Virus record (IMG/VR): IMGVR_UViG_3300016476_001599
Location: 54,847-118,846 of that record
DNA: 64,000 bases
Reading direction: 5' to 3' (one strand)
From: a virus
A program made the translations under genes and the position numbers. The notes under the pieces were generated by a model. That model saw nothing but the letters and a program-made list of their open reading frames with translations, ran no database searches and had not been told where the DNA came from. This document shows, one piece after another, positions 46,128-55,327 of this stretch (position 1 is the stretch's first letter; each line of letters starts with the position of its first letter).

Positions 46128-46535
46128 TTGATGGCAAAGTTGATTTCTTTGCAGTCGATTTTCAACAAGGCGTGGCAAAATTTTGTTGTAGACGGAAAGC
46201 CTCCGGCGTATAAAAACGGCCACTGCTATTACAATACGCCCGATGGTTGTCGTTGTGCCATAGGTCTTTCGCTTCCTCCGGACGTCCTGGCGGACGTAGA
46301 GAAAGTGGAAATGTCGTTTTCCGAGGTGGTTATGCGTCACCCGGATATTTTTGGGCCTTCCGTGCTGGCATTGTCGGAGGCTCAACAAAATATTTTTCAA
46401 GCCATGTTGCATGACGACTTGGTTTCTTTGTTTACCGACGGTTGGAAAAGCGGTGTTTCCCTTCGGGACGAGTACATCAGTACCGCAGAACGATTTGGCC
46501 TTAACGTACCGGAGAAAGCAAGTGAAAGATCTTGA
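46128..46535 (+). CDS. hypothetical phage protein
   Basis: AGGAG RBS; ISLQSIFNKAWQNFVV...CYY...RCAIGLSLP. Confidence 0.75.
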   Translation: MMAKLISLQSIFNKAWQNFVVDGKPPAYKNGHCYYNTPDGCRCAIGLSLPPDVLADVEKVEMSFSEVVMRHPDIFGPSVLALSEAQQNIFQAMLHDDLVSLFTDGWKSGVSLRDEYISTAERFGLNVPEKASERS

Positions 46536-46665
46536 GAAGTGGGACAGAGAGCTTGAACAACGGGATATCGCCAATTCGCCCTCTTGGCTTGACATTTCTG
46601 TTTTTTGCTTGAACTTTTTTACGTTCTGCGTGGTGTGTTTTATTCTTTACCGCCTTTTATGGTGA
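46522..46665 (+). CDS. small membrane protein
   Basis: GGAG RBS before GTG; hydrophobic C-terminus. Confidence 0.5.
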   Translation: MKDLEKWDRELEQRDIANSPSWLDISVFCLNFFTFCVVCFILYRLLW

Positions 46666-46669
46666 TCGC

Positions 46670-46981
46670 ATGACAGTGAAAGCGTTGACGAGTGCTATCA
46701 GCTCCAAGCTAGAGGAGCAGCAAAAACTTTTAAAACAACTTGAGATGTGGGAGGAAGTCAAATCGCAAGGAATTGACTGCGAAACGGTAAAAAGTTTTGG
46801 CTTTAAACCGGAGTACGTGACACCGGAAGAGCGGAATACTCTCCGAAGAAAACAAGCAGGTTGGATGACCTTTTCAAACGTTTTGCACCGTTATGGTGAA
46901 GAGCACTTTAACTGCGTTCGATTGAAAGACGATCAAATCGTGGCGCTTAAAACCGCAATTAAAAGACCTGAATACAGGTAG
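46670..46981 (+). CDS. hypothetical protein
   Basis: ORF in the array. Confidence 0.7.
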   Translation: MTVKALTSAISSKLEEQQKLLKQLEMWEEVKSQGIDCETVKSFGFKPEYVTPEERNTLRRKQAGWMTFSNVLHRYGEEHFNCVRLKDDQIVALKTAIKRPEYR

Positions 46982-46994
46982 AAAGAAATTACTC

Positions 46995-47564
46995 ATGGGT
47001 TGGATTATCGAAAGTACGGGAGTTGTTGTTGACGGTAACACGCTCAAGCGAATGGCTGCCGCAGGTACCATTGACCGGAACACAATGATACGGTCAAAGT
47101 CTAAAAACCGATCGGTGCGTGCGGGGGATATCGCGAGCCTTGTTTGGCCTGACGCGGGTACGGATGGCTTAGCAGATTTTTCGCCGATACAGAGTCCTCC
47201 GACGTATTTCAATTCGGCACCGACTGCCTTTCAGGAGGATTCTGCCGCGAACGCGACAGAATCCTCGGCATCGCCGCCAGCGTCGCCGGGTATTCTTGAC
47301 TTGGCGTTTGAGGTTCCGGTCACTCCGATGCTTGCGTCGTCGATTTGGTTTTTGTGGCTGGTCGGAGGGGCGTTGGTTTGTGTTTCAGCGGTTATCTATC
47401 ACCTGATGAATCTGAAGAACAACCCGGAGGGTGCTGCGTCTAGAGCGATCGGGATGCTGGTTGCGGGTTATATTCTTGCGACAATTTTGCTTCGAGTCGT
47501 TTTGGAGTGCGTGGTCGTGTTTTTTAAAATTGCAGAACACCTGCGTTCGATTGCTAGAAAATAA
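46995..47564 (+). CDS. GYF_2-like + DUF4282 membrane protein
   Basis: LKRMAAAGTIDRNTMIR N-terminus; DLAFEVPVTP...two TM helices...RVVLECVVVFFKIAEHLRSI. Confidence 0.65.
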   Translation: MGWIIESTGVVVDGNTLKRMAAAGTIDRNTMIRSKSKNRSVRAGDIASLVWPDAGTDGLADFSPIQSPPTYFNSAPTAFQEDSAANATESSASPPASPGILDLAFEVPVTPMLASSIWFLWLVGGALVCVSAVIYHLMNLKNNPEGAASRAIGMLVAGYILATILLRVVLECVVVFFKIAEHLRSIARK

Positions 47565-47577
47565 CAAGGGGCTACGC

Positions 47578-47898
47578 GTGACCGTCAATATAAACAAAAT
47601 GCTTGCTTTGCCGTGCAACAAGGGGTACTCCGTGTGGGGGGCGCACATGGGGCGACGAGATCAGCTGCAGGGTTCGGCGGAGCGTTTACATTTGCAGCGT
47701 GTGTCTCTTGGCTCGCAAGGTTACGACACGGGCGGGGCATACTGGGGTTGGGGCGAGCAACTTTGGTGCGCTTTTTCTCCGGACAGCACAAACAACGAAG
47801 AGCCTGTTCGGGTTTTTGTTCGTGCCGGTTCAAGGAAAGAGGCTAAGCAACGGATCCTGGGGATTTTACCCGCTGGCGATTGGTGTTTTTTTAAATGA
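47578..47898 (+). CDS. hypothetical phage protein
   Basis: GAHMGR...QRVSL...GYDTGGAYWG...FVRAGSRKEAK. Confidence 0.7.
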   Translation: MTVNINKMLALPCNKGYSVWGAHMGRRDQLQGSAERLHLQRVSLGSQGYDTGGAYWGWGEQLWCAFSPDSTNNEEPVRVFVRAGSRKEAKQRILGILPAGDWCFFK

Positions 47899-47941
47899 GC
47901 GAGTTGCAGGGTAAGCCGCCTGGCGAAACGAAGGAGGTGGA

Positions 47942-48217
47942 TTGACCGTGGTTAAAAAATCAACGTTGATTCTTCGTTCGTTAGGCTTGTCTGACAGTGA
48001 CAGGCGTCTTCCCGTTCAAAAGCTGGAAGACAAGTTATTCAAAGACGGAAGCGACCGGCTTTGGGTTTTGACGTATTTGGAAGGTGCGGTGCAGCTCCAA
48101 GAGGCAGCGTCCGGCGAGCAAAAAAAAGCAACGCATCTTTCCGATTTAGTTGTTTTCTACAACGAGCACGAGTTTGATCTTTACTTAAAAAAGATAAGTG
48201 AGGACGAGCTCAGCTAG
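47942..48217 (+). CDS. hypothetical protein
   Basis: AAGGAGG RBS. Confidence 0.65.
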   Translation: MTVVKKSTLILRSLGLSDSDRRLPVQKLEDKLFKDGSDRLWVLTYLEGAVQLQEAASGEQKKATHLSDLVVFYNEHEFDLYLKKISEDELS

Positions 48218-48222
48218 AAAGG

Positions 48223-48606
48223 TTGATTGTGTCTCATCCTTATCACCACGCCTTGTCTTCAGCGAAAAAGTGGGGCGGATCGCCGGAAGACTATTTGGCG
48301 ATACACAGTTGGTTTGACGAAAGTAAGTCCGCATACGCGGACGTTCGCCATCGTGCCCTTCGGCATCATTCCGAGGGTATATTTGAATGCGAGCAAGAGT
48401 TCGGCGTGACTCTTACTAATTCTAACGGCAGGGTAGTTCCGGTTCGTGCTATTGGCGAACAGCACGTCAACGAGGACTGCGGATTCATACCCTCCATGAA
48501 AGATTGGCTGCAGCATATCGCCTTGCAGCCCTGGATGTCGCGTGTCGGGGTTAAGCTTTCTGTGACTTTGCAACTAGAAGGGGAAAAAGAAAATGTCGGA
48601 AGTTAA
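48223..48606 (+). CDS. DUF6915-like protein
   Basis: HPYHHALSSAKKWGG.PEDY..IHSWFDESK...HRALRHH...IGEQHV.ED. Confidence 0.75.
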   Translation: MIVSHPYHHALSSAKKWGGSPEDYLAIHSWFDESKSAYADVRHRALRHHSEGIFECEQEFGVTLTNSNGRVVPVRAIGEQHVNEDCGFIPSMKDWLQHIALQPWMSRVGVKLSVTLQLEGEKENVGS

Positions 48607-48964
48607 ACCATTAGACAGAGCTATTTACAATCGCGCGAAAGCTGCCGGGATAACGTCGATTCTTTTGATGTTTGAAGGCGGCAGCGACGAGGGTTTTTTA
48701 CAGGTGGACGCCGAGTACGCCGATGCCGAAAAATCGGACAAATCTGCAGTGGAAAACGGGCTTCACGAGTCGTTTTTAGATGATCTTTACGAGTGGGCGG
48801 AGGAAACTTATGCCTTCTCGGGTAACGGAGACGGTAGCGGGCCGTACGGTTTTGACGTCACGTACGACCTGGCAAACGGCTTAGTTTCCATTGAAACATG
48901 GGAAACAAGTGCAGTTTACGATGCTGCAGTTGTCTCGGCGCTTGCGATTAACGAAGAGGATTAA
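48593..48964 (+). CDS. DUF6878-like protein
   Basis: GITSI...FEGGSDEG...GNGDG...VTYD; adjacent to the DUF6915-like gene. Confidence 0.55.
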   Translation: MSEVKPLDRAIYNRAKAAGITSILLMFEGGSDEGFLQVDAEYADAEKSDKSAVENGLHESFLDDLYEWAEETYAFSGNGDGSGPYGFDVTYDLANGLVSIETWETSAVYDAAVVSALAINEED

Positions 48965-49198
48965 ATGGCCAGAAAAGCAAAAACAATCGTACATGTCAAC
49001 CAGCCCAAGATTCGCGCTAACCTTAAGAAGGGGACCAATGAACCGGTTATAACAGTCAAGCATCGCGGCACCAATGTTTATGCACACGAGGTGCACGTTG
49101 ACGGTCCGTGCGTGCTCAAATATTCTCCGGACGATCCGCTCAGTTGCGGGGCTCGTGTATGGATCGAAACCACTGCTACCGTAACTGTCGTACGCTAG
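48965..49198 (+). CDS. hypothetical phage protein
   Basis: VHVNQ...PVITVK...PLSCGARVWIET. Confidence 0.75.
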   Translation: MARKAKTIVHVNQPKIRANLKKGTNEPVITVKHRGTNVYAHEVHVDGPCVLKYSPDDPLSCGARVWIETTATVTVVR

Positions 49199-49252
49199 CG
49201 AACAGGCTGTTTCACTTTCCAAATAATTTTTCACGTGAAGGGTTAAAATAGA

Positions 49253-49528
49253 ATGTTTAGCGAGATACAGGCCAAACTTACCGAACTGCGGACGGAGGCA
49301 AATCGGCTTTCTAGAGCACGGAACATTATTTACAACTGCCACTGCTACGACATTTTGGCGCATACGCCGAGTGGGGAAGTTAACCTTGGTTTCATTTTCA
49401 AGGACAAAAATATTCAGGCGAAAATCCAAGAGGTCCTGACCGCGGAAATCGACGAAATGCTCGGGCGTATCAACTCGATCGAGTCACGTCTCAACACTGC
49501 TCTTGCTGGCTTCAAGGTGGACGAATGA
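49253..49528 (+). CDS. hypothetical coiled-coil protein
   Basis: ORF in the array. Confidence 0.65.
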   Translation: MFSEIQAKLTELRTEANRLSRARNIIYNCHCYDILAHTPSGEVNLGFIFKDKNIQAKIQEVLTAEIDEMLGRINSIESRLNTALAGFKVDE

Positions 49529-49737
49529 CCGAAACGATTGAAGTCAAGGTAAGGGTCACGTTGCTTGAAAAAGTTGACGGCGAGGACGCTTTGGTTCGCG
49601 AAGTGGCCCAGGCGATAGTCGACGGCGTGAATCATCAGTCGATAAAAGAGGTTGAGCTTGTCGATTTCTGCACGGAAGATTTCAAGTCCCCGTTCAAGCC
49701 GCAAAAGACGCCGTCTGCGTCCTTTGAACTTGTTTAA
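49525..49737 (+). CDS. hypothetical protein
   Basis: ATGA overlap. Confidence 0.65.
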   Translation: MTETIEVKVRVTLLEKVDGEDALVREVAQAIVDGVNHQSIKEVELVDFCTEDFKSPFKPQKTPSASFELV

Positions 49738-49754
49738 CTCTACAAGGAAAACGA

Positions 49755-50327
49755 ATGGCCACTCGAGCTACTTATTGCTTCAAGCCGTCTGAAAACAACT
49801 CCAGACGACGAAAACATTTTGTCTATATCCACTATGACGGTTATCCGACGGGCGCGGCTGTTTACTTCTACAATGCGCTGCACCATGACGGCAAAGGCAA
49901 CTTTGCTACAGTTTTCATTAAAGCAAACCATCATGCGGAGTTGACGGACAGCCACGAACAACATGGTGACACCGAATACCAGTACGACATTATGGGCGAA
50001 GGTCCGCAGGCGCAGATTATGGCCCGGCGTCTTTTTGATTCGAAAGTAGTTTTCTGCGGTTTGTTGCATGAATTTATCAATTGTAATTCAAGTGACATCC
50101 CAGACTTTAAGCCGTTCAAAGAGCTACAACGTCCCTTTTATCCGCCGCAATTCGTGACGGAAGATACGGCTAAAAAGTTACTCTCGGTGCCAATTTCCTA
50201 CTTGTTTTGCCCTGCAAAAAACGACAGGCGGTCAGCCAAGTGGCAAGATTGCCTTGCAGATGCCAAAGCAATTTTGAAGGTCTTCCCGGAGCTGACGCCG
50301 AATAATTTTTCGGAGTTGACTGCATGA
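49755..50327 (+). CDS. hypothetical phage protein (MATRA...HYDGYP type)
   Basis: AAGGA RBS; YIHYDGYP and HGDTEYQY motifs. Confidence 0.75.
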   Translation: MATRATYCFKPSENNSRRRKHFVYIHYDGYPTGAAVYFYNALHHDGKGNFATVFIKANHHAELTDSHEQHGDTEYQYDIMGEGPQAQIMARRLFDSKVVFCGLLHEFINCNSSDIPDFKPFKELQRPFYPPQFVTEDTAKKLLSVPISYLFCPAKNDRRSAKWQDCLADAKAILKVFPELTPNNFSELTA

Positions 50328-50569
50328 CAGCAAAAGATTCAACGACGACTTACGAATATACCGATCGGATAGGCGAAAAGCACACGGTAGCAATGAAAGG
50401 CGAAGTAATATTGTCGTGCCCTACGCACCACATCTACATCGCACAGTTAGCAAGACGGGCGTTCCGTGTTCATTACGGGCTCCAGCATTCATTTCACGGC
50501 ACGCTCGAGGCCGCAACCGTAGAATTTGGCAATTGCTTTCTGCACGCAAATGCTGCAATTACGGCTTAA
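50324..50569 (+). CDS. hypothetical protein
   Basis: ATGA overlap. Confidence 0.65.
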   Translation: MTAKDSTTTYEYTDRIGEKHTVAMKGEVILSCPTHHIYIAQLARRAFRVHYGLQHSFHGTLEAATVEFGNCFLHANAAITA

Positions 50570-50631
50570 CTCGCATATCGCCTCACGCGTGCGGTCTCTT
50601 TCAAACAACAGTAGTACAAGGGTATTTCAAC

Positions 50632-51384
50632 GTGGCTGATAAATATTCTGGAACGATTCGCATTGGCGGTAGCGTCACAGAGGAGGAACTCGAAAAAATT
50701 CAAGCTTTGATTGAGCGGTGCTTAGACCCCTTGTCGGATGGTGAGTTGCGTGAGAACGGAACGGGTGATTTTGTCGAATGCGAAGAAAGCGACTTCAAGA
50801 AAGTAATTGCTTTTTGCGACCGACAAAACATCGCGCTGGCCTTAGTATGGCACAAAAAGCAAGGGGCAGACAGCGTTGTGGAGTACTGGTTAGCCGGTAG
50901 TCACAAGGAGTATCTTGCTAACTGCAACGGTGATGTTGTGGTCAAGATTTCCGACTTGGAATTGAAAACCGACACCTTGGTTGCAGATTTTATCGCTGAG
51001 CTTGAGGTTCCTGTTTTCCCACCGTTCAAACTTGTCAAAGCCGACAAAAGCGAGCCGCAAGGCTTTGATACTGCTCATCTTTGCGGTGACGCGCTTGTGG
51101 CGGCTAAAGCGGTGTTGAAGGCTCTTGGGCCCAATCCGTGCGGCAGTGGCGTTAGAGCTTTTTGGACGCCGGACGAATGGATTGCTCGCAACGAGAAATT
51201 TGGCAAGGACTCCCTTCTTATTTTGTGCCACGACGGAGGCGATCTCGCCGTGATGTGTAATTGGGACTACGGACGGTACGACCTGTCTAGAAAGCTTGAG
51301 AGGGAGCTCAGAAGACACGGATACTACTACGAGCAATGCACTAGCTGGTATTCCGCGGTGTACCGTATACCGACAAGCGACTAA
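50632..51384 (+). CDS. hypothetical two-module protein
   Basis: GTG start after AAGGG; C-terminal HDGGDL...YYEQCTSWYSAVY module. Confidence 0.65.
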   Translation: MADKYSGTIRIGGSVTEEELEKIQALIERCLDPLSDGELRENGTGDFVECEESDFKKVIAFCDRQNIALALVWHKKQGADSVVEYWLAGSHKEYLANCNGDVVVKISDLELKTDTLVADFIAELEVPVFPPFKLVKADKSEPQGFDTAHLCGDALVAAKAVLKALGPNPCGSGVRAFWTPDEWIARNEKFGKDSLLILCHDGGDLAVMCNWDYGRYDLSRKLERELRRHGYYYEQCTSWYSAVYRIPTSD

Positions 51385-51399
51385 CACGTTTTTGGAGGT

Positions 51400-51441
51400 T
51401 TGAACACGAGGGCAGCGGTTCGCCGGTGCCCGACTGTTCAA
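51400..51441 (+). other. intergenic stem-loop capped by a UUCG tetraloop
   Basis: TTGAACA..GGGCA.CGG-TTCG-CCG.TGCCC..TGTTCAA. Confidence 0.55.
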
Positions 51442-51492
51442 GTCTGACCATCAGAACTCGATGTTTTTTTAGCGTAACAGGAGACTTATAGC

Positions 51493-51723
51493 ATGTCGGA
51501 AGACGTGAACGAGAAATTAAAAAGACTGTTGGCGGCGGTTGACGTGCTTTTGTTAAACGCCGCAGATTTGAACGAGTGTTTTGTCGACGATGACAACGAC
51601 GACGAGGACGACGCCTACCCGGAAGACGAAGACGGAATACGTTGGTATCACGACTGGTTCGAGCTCAAAGAAGCTCGGGATCAGTTTAAAGACAACACTG
51701 AAGTTCAAACACAAGGGGATTAA
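51493..51723 (+). CDS. acidic hypothetical protein
   Basis: AGGAG RBS. Confidence 0.7.
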   Translation: MSEDVNEKLKRLLAAVDVLLLNAADLNECFVDDDNDDEDDAYPEDEDGIRWYHDWFELKEARDQFKDNTEVQTQGD

Positions 51724-51724
51724 A

Positions 51725-52186
51725 ATGTGTGCGTGCGATCAACCAAACATCAATGGTTATTACGGCTATCGTGAGCGGCCTGCAGCCGAAGTGAAAAGCT
51801 ACCCGGTGACTCCACCCGAGCTGTCGCAGGGTGACGTCTTGCTTATCGACGCTTGCGGAAGATGCGATGGAGTTTGCGATAGCCATGCGTTGCATCTGCG
51901 ACTCGTCAAAAACGCTGGCCATTACTTCCTACTTGCCCGGAACCTTTATGCTACGCGTCGATGCCAAATCGCGTATCTTCCGTCCGGAATTAATGCTTTG
52001 TTGCAAATGAATTCCGATGCAACGTATTGGATTCTGAAGCTGTTGTTGAACACCGCTGCTAAGCTAGAAAGGGACGCAGAGCAAAAAGAACGTACCTTTT
52101 GGCGAGAAGCCATTGCCCAAAAGCGGGTAAAAACGCGAAAAGTTCGCAAAGAAAATCGTGTCGATGTTTGGGTTCTAAACCCGTAA
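51725..52186 (+). CDS. hypothetical protein
   Basis: AGGGG RBS. Confidence 0.65.
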   Translation: MCACDQPNINGYYGYRERPAAEVKSYPVTPPELSQGDVLLIDACGRCDGVCDSHALHLRLVKNAGHYFLLARNLYATRRCQIAYLPSGINALLQMNSDATYWILKLLLNTAAKLERDAEQKERTFWREAIAQKRVKTRKVRKENRVDVWVLNP

Positions 52187-52258
52187 TCAGGGCTGCCGTT
52201 AGCTAGGTCGCTTGGCTAGGTTTTAACCGGAACGACTCAACTCATTTACATTTGAAAG

Positions 52259-52813
52259 GTGACAAACATGAAACAAGTACCTGTGGCAAAAAAAATGCGT
52301 AAAGCGCTTCAAGCTCTTTACGGGAAACGCGAAGACCTTGATACGATGGTCACGGACGCATTGGCGGACTTACGGCACATGTGCGACGTACATTCTATTG
52401 ACTTCTACAATTGCGATCGGATCGCGTACTCTCATTACGTGGTGGAATTGAAAGACAAGGAGCAGCTAAAGCAAAAAAATGCGGTGGAGACGCATGAGCT
52501 TTCGTCCGCGGAGGCAAAGCATAAATTGCAAGAAAAAATCGAAGAACGATTGTCGTTTCATATCGAGGCGAGCGGCGAGAACCCGGGCGTGCTTCCCGCT
52601 TCTTGTTTGTACGTTAGCCCGATAAGAGTAGACGTGCCCACCTTCACCGTAGAAGAGTTTCGCGAGTTATGCGAAAACGAGTCTTTTAGTGACGAAGATG
52701 GTTGGGGTCACCCTGCCAAAGACAACAAACAAGACCGATCAATCCGCATCTTTTCATCGAGATTAGGTCGAATTCCGAGCGATGCTACACACATTGTCTG
52801 GTACGACCGCTAG
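52259..52813 (+). CDS. hypothetical two-module phage protein
   Basis: TDALADLRHMCD...AYSHY.VE plus DEDGWGH...ATHIVWYDR. Confidence 0.7.
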   Translation: MTNMKQVPVAKKMRKALQALYGKREDLDTMVTDALADLRHMCDVHSIDFYNCDRIAYSHYVVELKDKEQLKQKNAVETHELSSAEAKHKLQEKIEERLSFHIEASGENPGVLPASCLYVSPIRVDVPTFTVEEFRELCENESFSDEDGWGHPAKDNKQDRSIRIFSSRLGRIPSDATHIVWYDR

Positions 52814-52880
52814 CTTCGGTACCGTGCCGATATCTGCAAGATTTTTAGTGCGACCATTAATTTTTCAAGGATATTCTGAC

Positions 52881-53849
52881 ATGACAACCAGGCCAAAAAT
52901 TTGTTTGTACGCTGCGTTTGAATACTGGCTCGCGTCGCCGCCCGTGAAGCGGCTTATCGAGCAAGCGTTGCAAAATGCAGGGGCTACCCCTTCGGAAATC
53001 GAGGAGGTTTACTGGGACGATTTTGCAGACTGCATTGAGAATTTCCAATGCGATATTTTTTCGTACTTGACTGACCGCGACTGGAAGGTCGAGTTCGTGC
53101 ATCATCCGCAAACACACGGAATCGGGGTCGTTCACTATTGCACCCTACAAGCAGACGACACCTTTGACCCCAAGATCGCCTTTAAGGCCTTTGAAGAGGC
53201 CCTGCATGCGGCGCAAATCGTTGCTCTGCCTTTCTTCACGCAGCACGCAAAGCGACTGCTCGGAGAGCACCGAGAAGGCGAGGCGAAAATGGAAACATTG
53301 GCGGAGGAGGTGTCAAGCCTACTCAGCGAAGCTGTGGCGTTGCTTCGCGATCTTGCGAAAGACCCTCTCGTCCCTGCCGGTCCGATCACACGCAAAATCT
53401 TTGATTTCCTGGGAAAGGTGGCCAAGACATGCCGTGCAATCAAATCTGATCCGTTGTCATCGACAGCTGGTCTCGCTTGGTTTTTTGGTTCCCACTTTTT
53501 TATGGAGCAAATTATGCTACGAGCAGAGGCTTGGAGCGATTGTCAGCAATTGCGGATTGAATTCGATGCAACTTTGTGGGCGGAGCAAGCGAGCGATCAG
53601 GCATTGATTGATTTAGGCAAGTGTGGTTTTCGTGGAGACTACCCTGCCGATGATGTAGTGATGTTTATGGCCGATCATTGTAAAAAGGCAGCAAGTCTAT
53701 TTGAGTTTCTTCAAATAGTGCAAACTCAACCATACAACGGCGACACCAATGGTTTTGAATGTGCGGTTGATGAAGACGACCTTCGTACGTGGCTTACGAT
53801 AAATAGACCACACCTTTTGGACAAGGTGTTCTTTGGTCATGAAGAGTAA
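52881..53849 (+). CDS. hypothetical protein, apparent fusion with internal starts at 53289 and 53514
   Basis: Three RBS+ATG sites in one frame; a repeat sits inside it. Confidence 0.55.
   Translation: MTTRPKICLYAAFEYWLASPPVKRLIEQALQNAGATPSEIEEVYWDDFADCIENFQCDIFSYLTDRDWKVEFVHHPQTHGIGVVHYCTLQADDTFDPKIAFKAFEEALHAAQIVALPFFTQHAKRLLGEHREGEAKMETLAEEVSSLLSEAVALLRDLAKDPLVPAGPITRKIFDFLGKVAKTCRAIKSDPLSSTAGLAWFFGSHFFMEQIMLRAEAWSDCQQLRIEFDATLWAEQASDQALIDLGKCGFRGDYPADDVVMFMADHCKKAASLFEFLQIVQTQPYNGDTNGFECAVDEDDLRTWLTINRPHLLDKVFFGHEE
53436..53490 (+). repeat. 55-bp direct repeat, copy 1
   Basis: GCAATCAAATCTGATCCGTTGTCATCGACAGCTGGTCTCGCTTGGTTTTTTGGTT, identical to 54851-54905. Confidence 0.92.
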
Positions 53850-53883
53850 ATGACACCAACAATTTGTACATAGGAGAAAACTT

Positions 53884-54123
53884 GTGAGTTACAATGTCCA
53901 ATACATTGATGCCAACGAAGCTACTCATATTCGTATTTTTTACGGATACGAAGGTTATGAAATTGATGCCGCAAATGACCAAGGTTGTACAGAAAATGTC
54001 TGGACACACTTCAATGATGAATTGCTGAGTCTTGAAAAAGCCAAGGAAGTTATTCCCTTGTTTTGTGAAGAAATACAACGACCTGATCTTCAAGATAAAG
54101 TTGTAATAAAGGAAAACTCATGA
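53884..54123 (+). CDS. hypothetical protein
   Basis: AGGAG RBS. Confidence 0.7.
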   Translation: MSYNVQYIDANEATHIRIFYGYEGYEIDAANDQGCTENVWTHFNDELLSLEKAKEVIPLFCEEIQRPDLQDKVVIKENS

Positions 54124-54302
54124 AATTCGAAACATATTTGTTGGATGATGAAGGAAACGTGCTTGAAAATTTCGACGATGATCCGGCTTGGATAGATAGG
54201 CACTCGGTCAACTGCAGCAATTGCAGTAAACTGGTTGACGAACGTGAATGTATGCCTTTGGAAGAAGGCGGTAGCCTATGTCAAGCCTGCTTTGTCGCTT
54301 GA
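54120..54302 (+). CDS. small zinc-finger protein
   Basis: CSNC and CQAC. Confidence 0.65.
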   Translation: MKFETYLLDDEGNVLENFDDDPAWIDRHSVNCSNCSKLVDERECMPLEEGGSLCQACFVA

Positions 54303-54354
54303 CTAGAGCGACGGGCGCTTGGTTTTTTGGTTCCCGTTTTTTGGAGATTTTGCA

Positions 54355-54864
54355 TTGCATAACGAATTCAGATTCATTTTCGCGGACGGTTTAGGGCGTT
54401 ATCTTAAAATTGAGTGCGGACAGGCCGTCCGCGACGTAGCGACGGCTAGGGGTGTCGACTGGGCGAACGCTCGCCTCATCGAATACCGGGTATCGCAAGG
54501 GTGGATCGACGTTACCGCTATTTGGAAGGGGTCGGCCCAAGTTGACGCTGCCCACACTGTGCGGCGGGGTGCGGGCGATCCTGCGTGGGATCGCAAGCAC
54601 CGGGAAAAGGTCTACGGCGTTTGGTCGAAGGTTTTTGGCGACCTCGACGCCGTACTCGGTGGCGACACTGCGGGCAGTGTCGCACAAATCTGCGCTGACG
54701 CCGTAGAGGTCGCGCTCCTAAAAGACGATCCGTCCTTTAGACTCGATACGGGCGAAGTGGTGGTCGACGCTCAGTTGATCGGGGAGTTGCAGGAGCGAAT
54801 TCGCAAGAATTTGGCTGCGATCGTAGCCGCCGATTGCCCGGTTTTGCCGAGCAATCAAATCTGA
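54355..54864 (+). CDS. hypothetical protein
   Basis: TTG start after GGAG; stop lies inside repeat copy 2. Confidence 0.6.
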   Translation: MHNEFRFIFADGLGRYLKIECGQAVRDVATARGVDWANARLIEYRVSQGWIDVTAIWKGSAQVDAAHTVRRGAGDPAWDRKHREKVYGVWSKVFGDLDAVLGGDTAGSVAQICADAVEVALLKDDPSFRLDTGEVVVDAQLIGELQERIRKNLAAIVAADCPVLPSNQI

Positions 54865-54905
54865 TCCGTTGTCATCGACAGCTGGTCTCGCTTGGTTTTT
54901 TGGTT
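54851..54905 (+). repeat. 55-bp direct repeat, copy 2
   Basis: Identical to 53436-53490. Confidence 0.92.
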
Positions 54906-54927
54906 TTTACTTTGGAAGTTATTTGCT

Positions 54928-55206
54928 GTGAAAATGTCTAAGCGAATGCAATTGTTGGTTCGGCGTATTCAGTATTGGTTGCGCAAACACGAGTATCAAT
55001 CTGGTTACGGTGGTTTGAAGCTTTACCGCTGTTTTGGTGAAAGTTTTGCTTTGTGTCGGTCAGGTGTTGTTGATGCGTGCGGCGGCGGATGCGTGGTCGA
55101 CAAATGGACGTCCTACAGTGTCCCGGAACTCAAGAGGCTTTTTGAGCTAGCCAAAAAGCAGAAAAAGATAGATGAAGAGGCTAGGCTAAAGGCTATTGCT
55201 GGATAG
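54928..55206 (+). CDS. hypothetical protein
   Basis: ORF after a T-rich leader. Confidence 0.6.
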   Translation: MKMSKRMQLLVRRIQYWLRKHEYQSGYGGLKLYRCFGESFALCRSGVVDACGGGCVVDKWTSYSVPELKRLFELAKKQKKIDEEARLKAIAG

Positions 55207-55327
55207 ACGATTTGTTGTTAATAGGGTTTTTGTTTTACTTTTGGAGATTTTACTGTGACGCCTATTTGTGAGATCACGCAAACGTAAAACCGACATTTTC
55301 TAGGTAATACAAGTTAAAGGACAAAGC

